A DNA stretch of 64,000 nucleotides from a virus. Lineage: Duplodnaviria > Caudoviricetes. A program made the translations under genes and the position numbers. Location of the stretch: positions 83,707 to 147,706 of IMG/VR virus record IMGVR_UViG_3300035686_000003; one strand, given 5' to 3'. Positions 39,201-49,770 of the stretch are shown here, one piece after another (position 1 is the stretch's first letter; each line of letters starts with the position of its first letter). The notes below the pieces were generated by a model. That model saw only the letters and a list, made by a program, of their open reading frames with translations, made no database searches and was not told where the DNA came from.

Positions 39201-39424
39201 TCGGAATGATTAAGGGGATGTACGAATATATAAAATCTCAGAAGGTAACTGGCGGTTTGATGGATGGTTCTTTCTCTGCTGGACAACCGGAGTTTACAGT
39301 AGATGGTGTCGTTTATCGCGAATATTTCGGCTTTTGGAACTATGAGATAGTCGAATCGCTCTCGCTACTGCATAAATACCGAGAGCAAATTCGACTACCT
39401 AATTGTAGTAGCCCTTTATTCTGA
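36287..39424 (+). CDS. Large tail protein: gpM/Dit-like N-terminus fused to a putative glycoside-hydrolase-like region
   Basis: Residues 1-~110 LGDGYVQ...LRGSKPFAWQP...INATFVE; then ATTEGQ and aromatic-rich helices. Confidence 0.7.
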   Translation: MPLPTLVLSPELTASKTLRFQTKETQLGDGYVQTCAVGKSDGLEEWSVRSDWLNDADIQILINQLKFLRGSKPFAWQPEGADRGRVYICELFEVVQQGQLQQINATFVEFLEGECEPYRGQLIAEDEILELLAANKGFIHRFTRNQKPFLVNTSFLLTNSFQETLGRGNYFTQLSATTEGQFVAIRASMYAYEQTGDTYWRDVAIAMANAAIFYLYPIQPFPPVNWQTLDENNIVVAHWLCNLDPVPSKAPVADDPLNNGYFNLVVNFVNGVGQIPHGAPTFGEKLSNVYRVIPMNEELLWQNVYAFPRYNPQSYYEIDYWVTDISLKGLIRRFYADAQQPGGRQPLPTNEPLGLVKLIVPYTGQLKVTFSTYTGAIIPVNGLYEPYPCWRLLRPKEALAAIDTLAWSWDAYRKLWENTGNEYWYRCMYYTALTEVRAAQIENSSAWYKKYDAQDPFRHPGSQIIITPENDSRTYVATRNYGGDKNLWLKVDLTASNKSFPTVEIQNFAVQPGINTDTVVQVEAACSQATTLEVVLSLSQNAFDFTKYYICRMPVPSGNVPTVANFTSREFVKFEPKTNVWNPFIADNPIYTYKGDDGEVTVTLVKSLIDGVARDVYAINLKARGDYAGAGFVTKGIAPDLGGAAPNFPLKLFYRFERVNDGGWLYLTVNGKKYGVYLEQTQDWAIQSLEPSDLVNDDDEAPPSDGKITNIEVECNGDDRAIFYVWWIGSAAEELPAYAQTYKAAIVSKVKTAHTLWCGNFEAIGAPSNALRYVPGVNLFTVNVENGAIDSWRGSCVMAGYQDPYHLVRTEQWERLGNQLQFLEDSQNAYQQANPDRINGLFYQGFLLQFWDAVDFVDNRGYNVFTENTIDPNSEWCQYFTRPLKSTAYAWYLLVEKGMGKTKYAKQAERIVMRFLGFLFTFHRNRNSNQPPTNIRVDNGAKVLYHEPSTAALTLAASIFANLAGGNSLITFGMIKGMYEYIKSQKVTGGLMDGSFSAGQPEFTVDGVVYREYFGFWNYEIVESLSLLHKYREQIRLPNCSSPLF

Positions 39425-40210
39425 CAACCCGTACCAACTTGTTATATGTAGCCAACGTCTACGCAAGCAGATATCGTTAATTAATGCTACAGATACACCA
39501 AGTTCAACACTCATTTCTTTGCAAGTTAAGTGTTCCTGATTGTCTAGAATCCATTTAACATCATCTTCTGTTAGCTTTGAAGCGTTATGCTTGCTCCCTT
39601 GTTGAAAATTCCCACTATTGATTTTGCAAACTTTCAAAACTTCGATTGAGTGTCTTGTGTTCTCTAAAGGAGTTACCCATTCTAGATTGCTTACATAATT
39701 GTTGGAAGGATTGCCGTCAATGTGATTGACTTGGTGTTGAGGTGTTGGCGGGTCAGAGATAAAAGCAGTCGCAACAAGTCTGTGAACTAAATATCGCTTA
39801 GCTTTTGGCATACCTTTTATCCAAAAACATACTCCCTGATACCCTTTTTTGTTGCTGGGCTTTAGGATTTTGTTGTTCTTGATGCTTCTAACGTTTCCAA
39901 AGCTAGACACTTCGTACTCTCCTTCGTAACCCTTGATATCTCGCCATTCCTCTGAAGAAACACTGCTTCGTTCCAGTTGCTCAGCCAACCTTTCTTTTTG
40001 AGTTTGCGTGATTATTTTTTGACGATAAAGAGCTTCTTCGATATTCCATCTTTTTTTGCAACAAATGCAATTGCCAGCATGACCAGTATTATTCTTTCTT
40101 CTCAGACTTTTCCCAATCGTCCCCCATTCGTGTCCTTTTGGATCTTTGCGACACAATCCCCCTAACACGTAGTTTTGTTCGTCAAATCTCGGACAGTTTA
40201 CGTAAGTCAT
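39416..40210 (-). CDS. NUMOD4-HNH homing endonuclease
   Basis: EEWRDIKGYEGEYEVSSFGNVRS, VHRLVA, VNHIDGNPSNN..NLEWVT..EN, C-terminal HTH. Confidence 0.92.
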   Translation of the reverse strand: MTYVNCPRFDEQNYVLGGLCRKDPKGHEWGTIGKSLRRKNNTGHAGNCICCKKRWNIEEALYRQKIITQTQKERLAEQLERSSVSSEEWRDIKGYEGEYEVSSFGNVRSIKNNKILKPSNKKGYQGVCFWIKGMPKAKRYLVHRLVATAFISDPPTPQHQVNHIDGNPSNNYVSNLEWVTPLENTRHSIEVLKVCKINSGNFQQGSKHNASKLTEDDVKWILDNQEHLTCKEMSVELGVSVALINDICLRRRWLHITSWYGLSE

Positions 40211-40296
40211 TTTTCTGCCAACTCCTGCTACGATCGCTAACTTTTGCTGGCAGATGCACCCCCCCCCCCAAAAAATCAGCTGTCAGTCTTCAGTGA

Positions 40297-43200
40297 TCAC
40301 TGCCATCGGCTTGCGAAGCTACTGACTAGTAAAGCCTCCACTAAATCTCTAAACCCCTCAATCGTATCTACATCCCAGCGCTTGCAACGTTGGTCTGCAA
40401 CTGTGTACTGAGGCGAATCTAATATAGCCTCTAGTTCGTCTACGGTCAATCTCTCCATCGTACTCAGTGATCTCACCCCTTGAGATCTTTCGTGAAGCTT
40501 GAGGGCATCCTCCTTTGATAATCCCTTCTCTGCCTGCACCCACCAATATGTTCCAGCACGAAGAAGTCTCAACGTATCACCAGGTAACCAGCATCGGTAA
40601 TATTCAACCTCTTCTGAGATAGCACCAAATTCAATGCCAAAGCAATCAAGAACCAGGTGCAGCTCCTGAACTACTTCGTCAGACGTGGCATACGATTTCA
40701 TCATTAGTCCTCCTTCAGTACTCTATTGCAATAACTATCGAGACACCTCTGTACAGTCGGATCAAAGTGACCTGACGCAATCATCCTAATCCTTTGTTTT
40801 CGCTCATCGGTAAGCCTATATTTCTCTGTAGCTGGCTTTGGTGTTGCGCCCGTCCAGAGATAGGAAAGAATCCAAGCTACTACTGCTAGTACAACAGTGT
40901 CTTCCCCATCGGCTGCAAAACCTGCAAGCCGTTGAGTTAAATAATTTGCAGCTACAAAAGTTACAACTAATGAAAAATCAAGGCTTTGCATTTCTTGCTC
41001 GTACATAATCACTCTCCAAAGTAACGAATTGGTGGACACACATCATCTACATCTTGCAACGGTTGCCCCCTATAGTAGTCCTCTAGTGCGGCGATCGCAA
41101 CTGCTGCAACTTGAATCAACTCTACAGCGTAATTGTCACTGTCGCCTTCAAGGATGGCTCTGGCAACCTCACCTGTTTCCTCAGTTAATATCGCCAACCA
41201 CAAGGAAGGCTTAAGATTCCGAGGCATTGCACCAAACTTTTTGTCTTGTCTTTCTCGTTCATCAATTACTTTCTTGATGACAAGTGCCCTGACTTGATTA
41301 GGGTCATTATAATTTATGGGGCTAGCAGGTTCAAGCATTAGTTGTCGTTCTCCGTAATTGTTATAACAGAATTTAGATTGCCAATCATCTGATGTAGCTG
41401 GTGAAGATTGTTATTGCCACGAACTATTTCCGAGACGTAATAACTAACCTCATGATCTTCGTATCTTTCAATGATTTCGTCTTCATATTCTTGGTAGTAA
41501 AAGTCTACCTTTTGCATTGCTTCTAACAAAACGTTCCAGCCATCGAAGCAAGCATAATGTTCGGCACAGTAACGTAAATGTCTAACAGCCTTAATAAATT
41601 CTTGCATCACTCTCCTCCCTCTTCCTTCAACGCCTCATGCAACTGTCGCCACATTTCTGTAGCTATAGCCTCGTCTGCTGGCTTTAGCACCCCACACTTG
41701 ATACTCCAAGATAAACATTGATAGAGGACTTCCCCTTGAGCATCACTGATAGCTTCCATGAAAGAAAGACAGCGGAAATTGTCTTCGTAATATTTCTTAG
41801 TTTTACTCACAGCTTATTGTACTCCTCGATTGCATTGCTAAATCCTTCAATGAACATAGAATCTCCAGTATTCTTGTTAACCACAACATAGTGGGCTACA
41901 TCAGAATACGAAGGACTCACGACTACTTCCAACTGTTTACTATCGCAGCTAGCGAGAACTTTGATAGCACGACAGTCACGGAAATCTGACATCTTGACGG
42001 TGTGTTTCATAGCGTTAATCGAACCTCCGAAAAGAATAACGAGGCGGAAAAGGCATTGAGCGATCAAGATCAACAACGTAATTTACGTCAAATTCAGCTG
42101 CTAACACTACTAATGCATCAATGAAATCAGCATCAACGTGCTGGATTACCCTATCTCCTTTCATTGACACAGCACATAAATCTGGATACACCACCTCAAT
42201 ATCCTCGATAACAATTGCATCGGGTTCATTGCGAGGCAAAATGAAATATTCTTCAAGACAGTTAAGCGCACTAACACCAATAGCAACCGCTAGTCCTACT
42301 GTTGGACAAATGCTACAAATAGCCAAGGTTCCAGCAGCAGTGATACAAGCGTAAGCCTTCTGTTCATGACTGCGACATTCGTACTCTTCCTGAGTTCTTA
42401 AACCTTTTTCGTACAACTTGTAATTGTATCCTCTGAGATCTACTATTTCATCTCTCAATGTCATCTTACTTCCTCCTTACAAAGCCCCGATTCTTTTTAA
42501 GTGTTGCTGATAAAACCATTCTATTTTGTCGTGATGTTCAAGCATATCAACATACGAACAATCTTCATCAATATAGTAACCGACCTTAAACTCACTTTTG
42601 AGTTCTATTAAAGCGTCAACAAAATCACGATCTACATCTTCGATTAAGTCATCGTTCTTTGTTGCAATAATAAGCCATTGTGGGTAAACAACTCTGATAT
42701 CTTCTATCGGAACACCCTGGACAATAGAAGGATCGTCCAATATTTCAGATATCGTATCTCTCAATGTCATCGTACTTCCTCAGTTACTTTTCTTACTAAT
42801 GTTGGCTGATGCACCCCTGAAAAATCAGTAGGGTTTCACAGCATGAATCATTGACATTGGAACTTCAATGAAATCACAACCATGACGACTGTAACCTTCT
42901 ACTTGAGGGTAGTGACTGAATGCTGCCTGCTTGCCAAAATATTTAGCTTGTTCCATTGATTCAGCCGTGTAGACGAGTATTCGACTAGCAAAACCAACTT
43001 CGTGACTCGCCCAACAATAACCTGCGTACAACTTTAACATCTCAGATCCCTCCTACTTAAACTTCACTCTTAGTTGCGGCTTCAGCTCCGTATGGGAAGC
43101 CTCTAGCTCCTGTAGCTGCACTAATGCTGCCCTGCCCTTATCCGTATTGCTGAGGTAGGCAATCTTCTCCTCCAAAGCAGTTAGTTCCTCCGCATTTCGT

Positions 43201-43736
43201 GCTTGGGCGATCGCAACCTCCTCCTTCACCACTTCCCTGAGTTCTAGTATCTCATCGGTTGGTACAACTGTAGGCACCATTGCCACAGAAGCATAACCAT
43301 CGTCACCAATCCAAACTTTTGTATCCTCCCGTTTACTCGACTTTCGCAACGCTAGAGCTTCTTTAGTAGCCCCAATTTGAAGGATGCGACACCACCCCTG
43401 AAGTCCTTCGAGTTCCCTCTTGTGATGGATGTATTCCTCCAGTGGGCTTCGTTCTCTCATCGTAGTTTACCACGTTTCTAAGGTTTCTGCAAATCGTTCT
43501 AACTCTTCTATTATACCGTTGAGCCTCGCAAGGGAAATCCTGCCGCTGACCAGCTCAGCAATGGTGGACTCTAGCTGAAGTCCGTACATTTGCTGTACTT
43601 CCATTTCTGAGAAGAAGCAATAGTAGGCTACACGAACTTGTGCGATCGCATCTTCGAGGTACGGTAGTCGGTCACGAGAGCAACAGGTAAGGGAACGTTC
43701 CTTCAAAGTTCGTATGGCATTGATTAAAGTTTGCAT
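40297..43736 (-). other. Run of about 11 co-oriented small hypothetical CDSs
   Basis: Abutting ORFs, many with GGAG-type RBS. Confidence 0.7.
41009..41338 (-). CDS. MazG-like nucleotide pyrophosphohydrolase
   Basis: LTEETGEVARA...ELIQVAAVA. Confidence 0.75.
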   Translation of the reverse strand: MLEPASPINYNDPNQVRALVIKKVIDERERQDKKFGAMPRNLKPSLWLAILTEETGEVARAILEGDSDNYAVELIQVAAVAIAALEDYYRGQPLQDVDDVCPPIRYFGE

Positions 43737-43839
43737 GAGTAGATGTGGGATGAAGTTTAGTACACCAATCTACCACACAAAGGTTACTAGAATCTGGAAG
43801 CGCACCCACAAGTTCAACCATCTGTTCTTGTAGCGGCAC

Positions 43840-44236
43840 CTAGCAGCTCCGTGAAGCCACACAAGTATCTTCGACAAGCAAATCATCATCTGAACTTCCA
43901 TCATCGGTTTTAGCGCGAAAATTTGCGGCGTGGCAGGGGCGGAACTCTTGCTCCGGAGTTGTAACGGTATTTCGTGTGAGGATTGTTGATCTTGATTTCG
44001 ATGAACACGAGAATGTTTGTTCTTCCAGGGTCTTCGAGTCCCAGCGTGAGCAACCGAGATTCTTCCTTGCGCGACATCCTCTTGTAACCTCAAAACCTGC
44101 TGTCCAACCCGCTTGCGAGATAGTTAGTCTTTTCTTAGTCTCTTTATATATAAGAGGAGTGGATCAATTTGATCCGGTCACTAGATCAATTTGATCTTGT
44201 CATAACAAGTGGAGACTAGTCCAATTTGATCCGGTC
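43840..44236 (-). pseudogene. Decayed fragment of the replication-initiator gene retaining iterons
   Basis: DQIDLVTGSN* and EEQTFSCSSKSRS match 1..1221; stop codon and frameshifts; CAATTTGATC cores at 44165, 44187, 44222. Confidence 0.7.
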
Positions 44237-44401
44237 TTCACAAAAACTCATCGTGGTGTTGCAAGAGTTTCGAGCTGCCCACACCACAAATCGCGACACT
44301 TTACGTCACATCTGTCTCTAGAGCTACAGTTGATTCCCATAGCAAGTTTTGCCACTAAAGCGTACGATAGAGGCAAAGATTTCTATTTAAGATCAAAGAT
44401 T

Positions 44402-44716
44402 ATGCCAGAAGTCCCCGATTCCCAAGCCCCATCCTCTGAGGAACAACAGCTCTCCTCAGAAGCTCTCGTTGCTTCCCAGGAGGCTGAAGCTGTAGCCGAG
44501 ATGCCTGCCGAAGAGAAAGAAGCTCTAGAGAATTCGCCCTACAAGGAAGGCGATGTGTATTCCTACATGAATCCTGCCGGACAGAGCTACCAGATCAAGG
44601 TTGAGTCTGTCAACGGTGATATGATTACAATTCGCAATACCACTGTCAGTGCCGAAGCTCAGGAGGTAAGCCTTGATGAAGCGAAGACTATCCTTGACTC
44701 AGCAGCTCGGACGTAA
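44402..44716 (+). CDS. Hypothetical protein, paralog of 46401
   Basis: PY..GD......P.G..Y.I..E...G...T.RN shared. Confidence 0.7.
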   Translation: MPEVPDSQAPSSEEQQLSSEALVASQEAEAVAEMPAEEKEALENSPYKEGDVYSYMNPAGQSYQIKVESVNGDMITIRNTTVSAEAQEVSLDEAKTILDSAART

Positions 44717-44783
44717 TCAGTGAACAATGAACAGTGATCAGTAGTCAGCATTTGTTAACTGATCACTGTAAACTGATAACTGA
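44717..44783. repeat. STRR-like 67-bp palindromic element, copy 2
   Basis: Near-identical to 1985..2051; followed by a terminator hairpin. Confidence 0.8.
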
Positions 44784-44842
44784 CTCATGCCGCTCTTGCT
44801 TACCTTTGTTTGCTTGGGCGGCTTTTGTTGTCTGGAGGAACT

Positions 44843-45091
44843 ATGGGATATAAAGTTAAAAGATTTTTGCGGTGGTACGACAAGATTTCTGAAGCACTCG
44901 TAGGACGAATAGAACTGAAAGATGTCGCGTTAGCCAAGCTACAGCAAGCTTTTGGTGCAGATGCGAACAATCCTATGTACGACTGTTATCTCGTAGAGAC
45001 TGATGCCCAATGTCGGCTCCTTGAATCAATTGTCGATATCTCGATTCGTCAGTATGCCTGGGATTACTTCATTGAGGCGGATACAATTTAG
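44843..45091 (+). CDS. Small protein resembling colicin E3 / cloacin immunity protein
   Basis: GGAGGA RBS; MG.K...WYDK.SE...G...KD...DYF pattern; 82 aa. Confidence 0.45.
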   Translation: MGYKVKRFLRWYDKISEALVGRIELKDVALAKLQQAFGADANNPMYDCYLVETDAQCRLLESIVDISIRQYAWDYFIEADTI

Positions 45092-45209
45092 AGTGCGGGT
45101 GAAAGATTTTTGTTATTATAGAATAATGCTGGCGAACTCAAGCAATGCACCAACATTACCTGAGTTCACTACCACCAGCCGACAACCCCTAGAACACGTA
45201 GAGGTCATC

Positions 45210-45977
45210 ATGATCAATACTATCATTCCTCACACGTTCAATGAGAGTCTTATTCGTCAACTTTCAGAAGAAACGTTGATCAATGGGCAGCTTGTGCCCA
45301 AAGGCTATTGCAATGCAACCGAAATCTGTCAAGCCAACAACAAACGTTGGGCTAAATATTTGGAGTTTAGCAAAACCCAACCCTTTTTAGACGCGTTGGC
45401 TGAGGTTAGTCCCGCTCAAGGACTGACCCATGTGATAACAATTTCCGATGGATTAAACGAATATCGGGGAACTTGGGTTAGTTTACCTGTTGCAATGAAT
45501 TTAGCTCAATGGTGTTCGCCAAAGTTTGCGGCTTGGGCTTCAATTGTTTTGAGTGCAATAGTCCAAGGTGAGTTTCAGCCGTTAACCAAAGAAGCTGCGA
45601 TCGCTCAACAAAAGCTACAAGAGTTATGGCAAGAGATTCGAGATGCTTCAAAAGTTGCTTTTTGGAACTTAGGTGATGCAACAAAAGCTTATTTAGATTC
45701 GCACTCCAACTTGTCAGAAAATTATCGACGTTTCATTTACTCCAATTGCCAAGATACAGTAAATCGTGGAATTTTGGGGAAAATGGCAAACAAAATTCGT
45801 AGCGAGCTTGAAGTTACAGACTTGTTACGTGATCACTACAAGGCTGAAGCGCTGGAACGCATCCAAACTGTTCAAAGAATTGCTGCTATTCAAATAGTGA
45901 ACAAGGGAACAGAACCCTTGAAGGCAGTAAAGGACACACTAGAGTTTTGCGGTTATGAAGTGATTAATTACAACTAA
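45210..45977 (+). CDS. KilA-N domain protein
   Basis: GYCNATEICQANNKRW, GTWV, LAQWCSPKFA. Confidence 0.88.
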   Translation: MINTIIPHTFNESLIRQLSEETLINGQLVPKGYCNATEICQANNKRWAKYLEFSKTQPFLDALAEVSPAQGLTHVITISDGLNEYRGTWVSLPVAMNLAQWCSPKFAAWASIVLSAIVQGEFQPLTKEAAIAQQKLQELWQEIRDASKVAFWNLGDATKAYLDSHSNLSENYRRFIYSNCQDTVNRGILGKMANKIRSELEVTDLLRDHYKAEALERIQTVQRIAAIQIVNKGTEPLKAVKDTLEFCGYEVINYN

Positions 45978-46400
45978 CCCCCACCCACAACCCCTGTTGT
46001 TCGCCGCTGCACCCTGTAGCGGCTTTTGTTTGGCTTTAGTCCAACCACTCAACTTGTTTGGAACAATCAATCATCCGCCCTGGTTCGGTGCCCAAGTAAA
46101 ACTCTGTCAAAGTCTCACTGTCAATGGCAATCTCTCCCTGTTTCGTATGGATATTGTCGGGATTCCAAAGCAAAGTAATTTCTGCCTTATAGTGATCAAG
46201 TCCATCTCTGTGACCAATGTAATCTCCAAGGATACCTTCACACAAAGGTTGACCCGCCTTAGAACCAATCTGATCAACTCTAAACCTTCTCATCATCCTA
46301 TTCTCCAATAGTTTTCACTAAAGTAACACTGGTAAACCCGAACGTCAACTAGGGCAACTGCTGTGAGCTACAATGGTACGAAACACTTTGTAGTAACACC

Positions 46401-46673
46401 GTGGTTAGACGAAATAAGCCAATCCCACCTACTCCTCTCATTGAACTGCCAGAGTTGACGGATGACATTGACGCACCCCTCAACCTCACACCCTATCAGC
46501 CAGGAGACGAGCTGTTTTTCAGTCCTCCATCAGGGGTACCCTACTCAATCATCATTGAAGCCATTGAGGGCACGAATGTTACCTTTCGCAACAGTATTCC
46601 TGAGTCAATGAAAATGACATTGGAGCTATCGAAAGCACAAGAGATACTAGAGTCGCAAGCGAGGATACGGTAG
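46401..46673 (+). CDS. Hypothetical protein, paralog of 44402
   Basis: Shared domain; coupled to 46673. Confidence 0.65.
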   Translation: MVRRNKPIPPTPLIELPELTDDIDAPLNLTPYQPGDELFFSPPSGVPYSIIIEAIEGTNVTFRNSIPESMKMTLELSKAQEILESQARIR

Positions 46674-47125
46674 TGGCACTATTGCCTATCAATATGGTGT
46701 TGTTCGTGCCTGAAGGAGCTGTGAGCTTAGCCTATGACGAGTACGGTAACCCCGTTGAACAACGTCCAGCGATCGCACAGTACCTTCTGTCAGTCACCGA
46801 AGATAACCAACAACCAGTCCTCAAGTCAAATCCTGGCTTAGATACCGCTACCACAACCTACAGTGGTCGTTGCATGGGAAAGGTGAAAGATACTTCGTTG
46901 AAAGAACCTGACTTGTACGCCCCCGCTAACATCGATAGTCGCGCTAGGTTCCTACCGTCCACGTTAGTTAGCAATAAGCGGTTTGACTGTGAAATCACTG
47001 ACCCTGCAACGAAAGAAAAGCAGAAGGGATCTTTTGTAATCCTCTCTGCTTTCCAAAGTCGTTTTAGAGTAGTAACCAAAGTCCTTGGTTCACGTATCAA
47101 TGGCTACTTTGAGTTTGGGAGGTAA
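46673..47125 (+). CDS. Possible head-tail connector protein
   Basis: YDEYGNPV motif and size; weak. Confidence 0.35.
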   Translation: MALLPINMVLFVPEGAVSLAYDEYGNPVEQRPAIAQYLLSVTEDNQQPVLKSNPGLDTATTTYSGRCMGKVKDTSLKEPDLYAPANIDSRARFLPSTLVSNKRFDCEITDPATKEKQKGSFVILSAFQSRFRVVTKVLGSRINGYFEFGR

Positions 47126-48114
47126 CAGCTGTTAGCTATTAGCCGTTAGCCTCAAGGTATTCTTCGGGTGTCGGCATATTCTCTATGAAGTCAATATCAA
47201 GTTCCTCCCCAAATTGTTTGACTGCCATTCCCAGTACAGACCAGGCGTTATCTTGGTTGATACTCAACAAAGTATAGGGTGCTAAACCGGGATATTGCTC
47301 AATGAGATATTGTTTGCATATCTTCGGTCGTGACCCCTCCAAGAATGTGAACTCGCTTGCAGGTTCTCCTGTCATAAACTCGACAAGCTTTTTTGCATTC
47401 TGTAGTCCTCGTTCAAAGCTAATGCCTGTAACAATTGTTAACACTGTCTCGATTGCAAATTTCATGTCAAACTCCTTGATTGATCGTTAAATCTAAACTG
47501 TATCTACCGCTTAACATTTGTAAACACTGGCACATATTCGTCGCACTCGCGATAGTGTTCCCAGTTGATACATTCGTTAGCTACGTAGATGCAGACAGCT
47601 GACTCAACACTTTTCGTAGCAATTTTACCTTTGAAATCTGACCACGGCTTCCAAGCTTGAAATGAATCTTCGACAGTGCCTGACCAAATCAATGTGTATC
47701 CTTTCATCTCAGATTGTCCTCCCACACTTGCTTTGCTTCTGGTGTTAACCAACCATACCAAATCAGGATCGGTTTCACGTAGATTGTTTTCCACCCACAA
47801 AAGCTCCAGCCGTTTGCTTTAGTCCACTTGGGCGCATACATGAATCTGACATTGAAGAATGTCATTGATTACTCATCCTCATCAGAGATTACTTCCACTT
47901 CCGCATCAGCCTCATAAATGTCAGGGTAACTAATGCCAAAATAAGTAACTTTGTATTGTTCGGGGTATGATTCGAGGGTAACAACTGACTCAATCGTTAA
48001 AATTCCTTTGCCGACACTGTGAATCACAATCATTCCCGCCTCTAGTTCACTCGCTTTAACTTTCATCCTCTTTCCTCCAAAACTTTCCACTACTATAACT
48101 CGACTTGTCGAACT

Positions 48115-48792
48115 ATGCAAACATCGTCTTACCAACAACCGTACACTATCGAATCACTAGAGCTTGCGATCGCCGCCCTAGAGCCGAACCCTTGGAATCC
48201 CAATGAGATGTCATCGTTTATGGTTGACAAAGCACAGGAATCCCTTGATAGGTTTGGACAAATCAAGAGGGTCATCGTTAGACCTCATCCAACTGAAGAG
48301 GGGCGCTATCAAATCTTGGATGGTTACCACCGTTGTCGTATTGCGGGTCTTGCTGGCGAAACAATGATGCGTTGCGAAGTTGTTCACGGCATCCCTGATG
48401 CAGAAGCTAAGCGATTGGGTCTTGCTCTCAACGACATCCACGGTGACAACAATCGTGAGAAGCTAGGGCAACTCTTGTGCGACCTAGGGGCGGCTGAAGA
48501 TACTGATGCACTCCCTTGGAACGAGAATGAGATCGAACACCTCATGGGACTTGGCAGCGATGATGACGACGAAGAGGTAGATGAACCCGAAATCTCTGAT
48601 CCACCCGACACTACTGCGGAACCACCCCTCGATGAACTAACAACTGTTATCCTTTGCATGACTCCAGTTGGCGTAGATAAACTAGGGCAGTGTATGAGTC
48701 TACTACAATCTGAACTAGGACAGGTAAGTGATCAACGAGAGGCTACGGGATTGGTGGTGGAAAGGTTGTGTGAGGGATACCTAGGTCAGTGA
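48115..48792 (+). CDS. ParB/Srx-like domain protein
   Basis: LEPNPWNPN, SLDRFGQ..VIVR, YQILDGYHR. Confidence 0.85.
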   Translation: MQTSSYQQPYTIESLELAIAALEPNPWNPNEMSSFMVDKAQESLDRFGQIKRVIVRPHPTEEGRYQILDGYHRCRIAGLAGETMMRCEVVHGIPDAEAKRLGLALNDIHGDNNREKLGQLLCDLGAAEDTDALPWNENEIEHLMGLGSDDDDEEVDEPEISDPPDTTAEPPLDELTTVILCMTPVGVDKLGQCMSLLQSELGQVSDQREATGLVVERLCEGYLGQ

Positions 48793-49018
48793 TTCCAGCA
48801 CAAGCTCTCCAGCAGGCAATAGCTTGTAGACGACGATAAACAAAGAATTAACCTCACGAGAGATCCAATTTTCTTCAACCATGTCTTGTAAGCAAACCTC
48901 AAGTCGCCACGGAAGAATACCAGTGCAAAGTGCAATGGCTTCTAACGTAGCTTCATCGTTGCGGTATAGAAAGTCTAGGACTTCCTTCATATCTTCTGCT
49001 GCTATCATTGTTCCCCTC

Positions 49019-49770
49019 CTAAAACACATAGCTAATACTCCAAGTCTTCGGCTCCTGAGAAGTCCCCAGAAACTCTTGCACAGCCGCTACAATAGCTGGC
49101 GTTAGTTGCGATCGCGCTTCAGTCTCCTTCACGACAAGATCCGACAAATCGACTTCTTTGATTTCAAACTCTCCCCAGGAAGCGATTGAGTGCCCAATGA
49201 CGACTCCTTCTTCTTCCTCGTAGCCAATCATGTGATACCTTAAACCAACCTTCTTGCAAAATTCATTGATTGCAACGTCTAAAGTGTCAACGTCTTCATC
49301 ATACTTTTGCCACAAAGCAGTAAATTCTTCATCGTCCTCTGTAATCAGGATTCCGTACCAAATATCTTGTTGCGGATCTCTCATGATGTAGTCTCCTAAA
49401 ACATATAGCTGATAGTCCACGTTTGCGGTTCCTGTTGTGTGCCAAGGAACTCCTGTATTGCTCTGACGACTTCTGGTGTAAGCAGACATTTAGCCTCAGC
49501 CTCTTTAATGGCGAGATTCGAGAAGCTTACTTTCTCTACCTCAAAGTCACCCCAACTAACAATTTGCTTGCCTATGATGATGCCGTCTTCGGAGTCATAG
49601 CCGATGAGATGATATTCTAATCCAAACTTTTTTGCAAAATCTTCGACAGCCTCAACTAGAGTCTCTAGGTCGTCATCATGTCGTTCCCAGAAGTCTACTA
49701 GCGCATTGTAGTCTTGACGTTCTTTGATAACAATTCCATACCAAATATCTTGTTGTGGAACGATGCTCAT
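49019..49770 (-). other. Tandem paralog pair (49019..49384 and 49396..49770)
   Basis: PQQDIWYGI...SWG.FE...QEFLGT.QEP.TW.ISY.F in both. Confidence 0.8.

Noticed and set aside
49019-49770. Diversity-generating retroelement TR/VR pair
   Set aside because: No reverse transcriptase in the window, and the differences are not adenine-specific.
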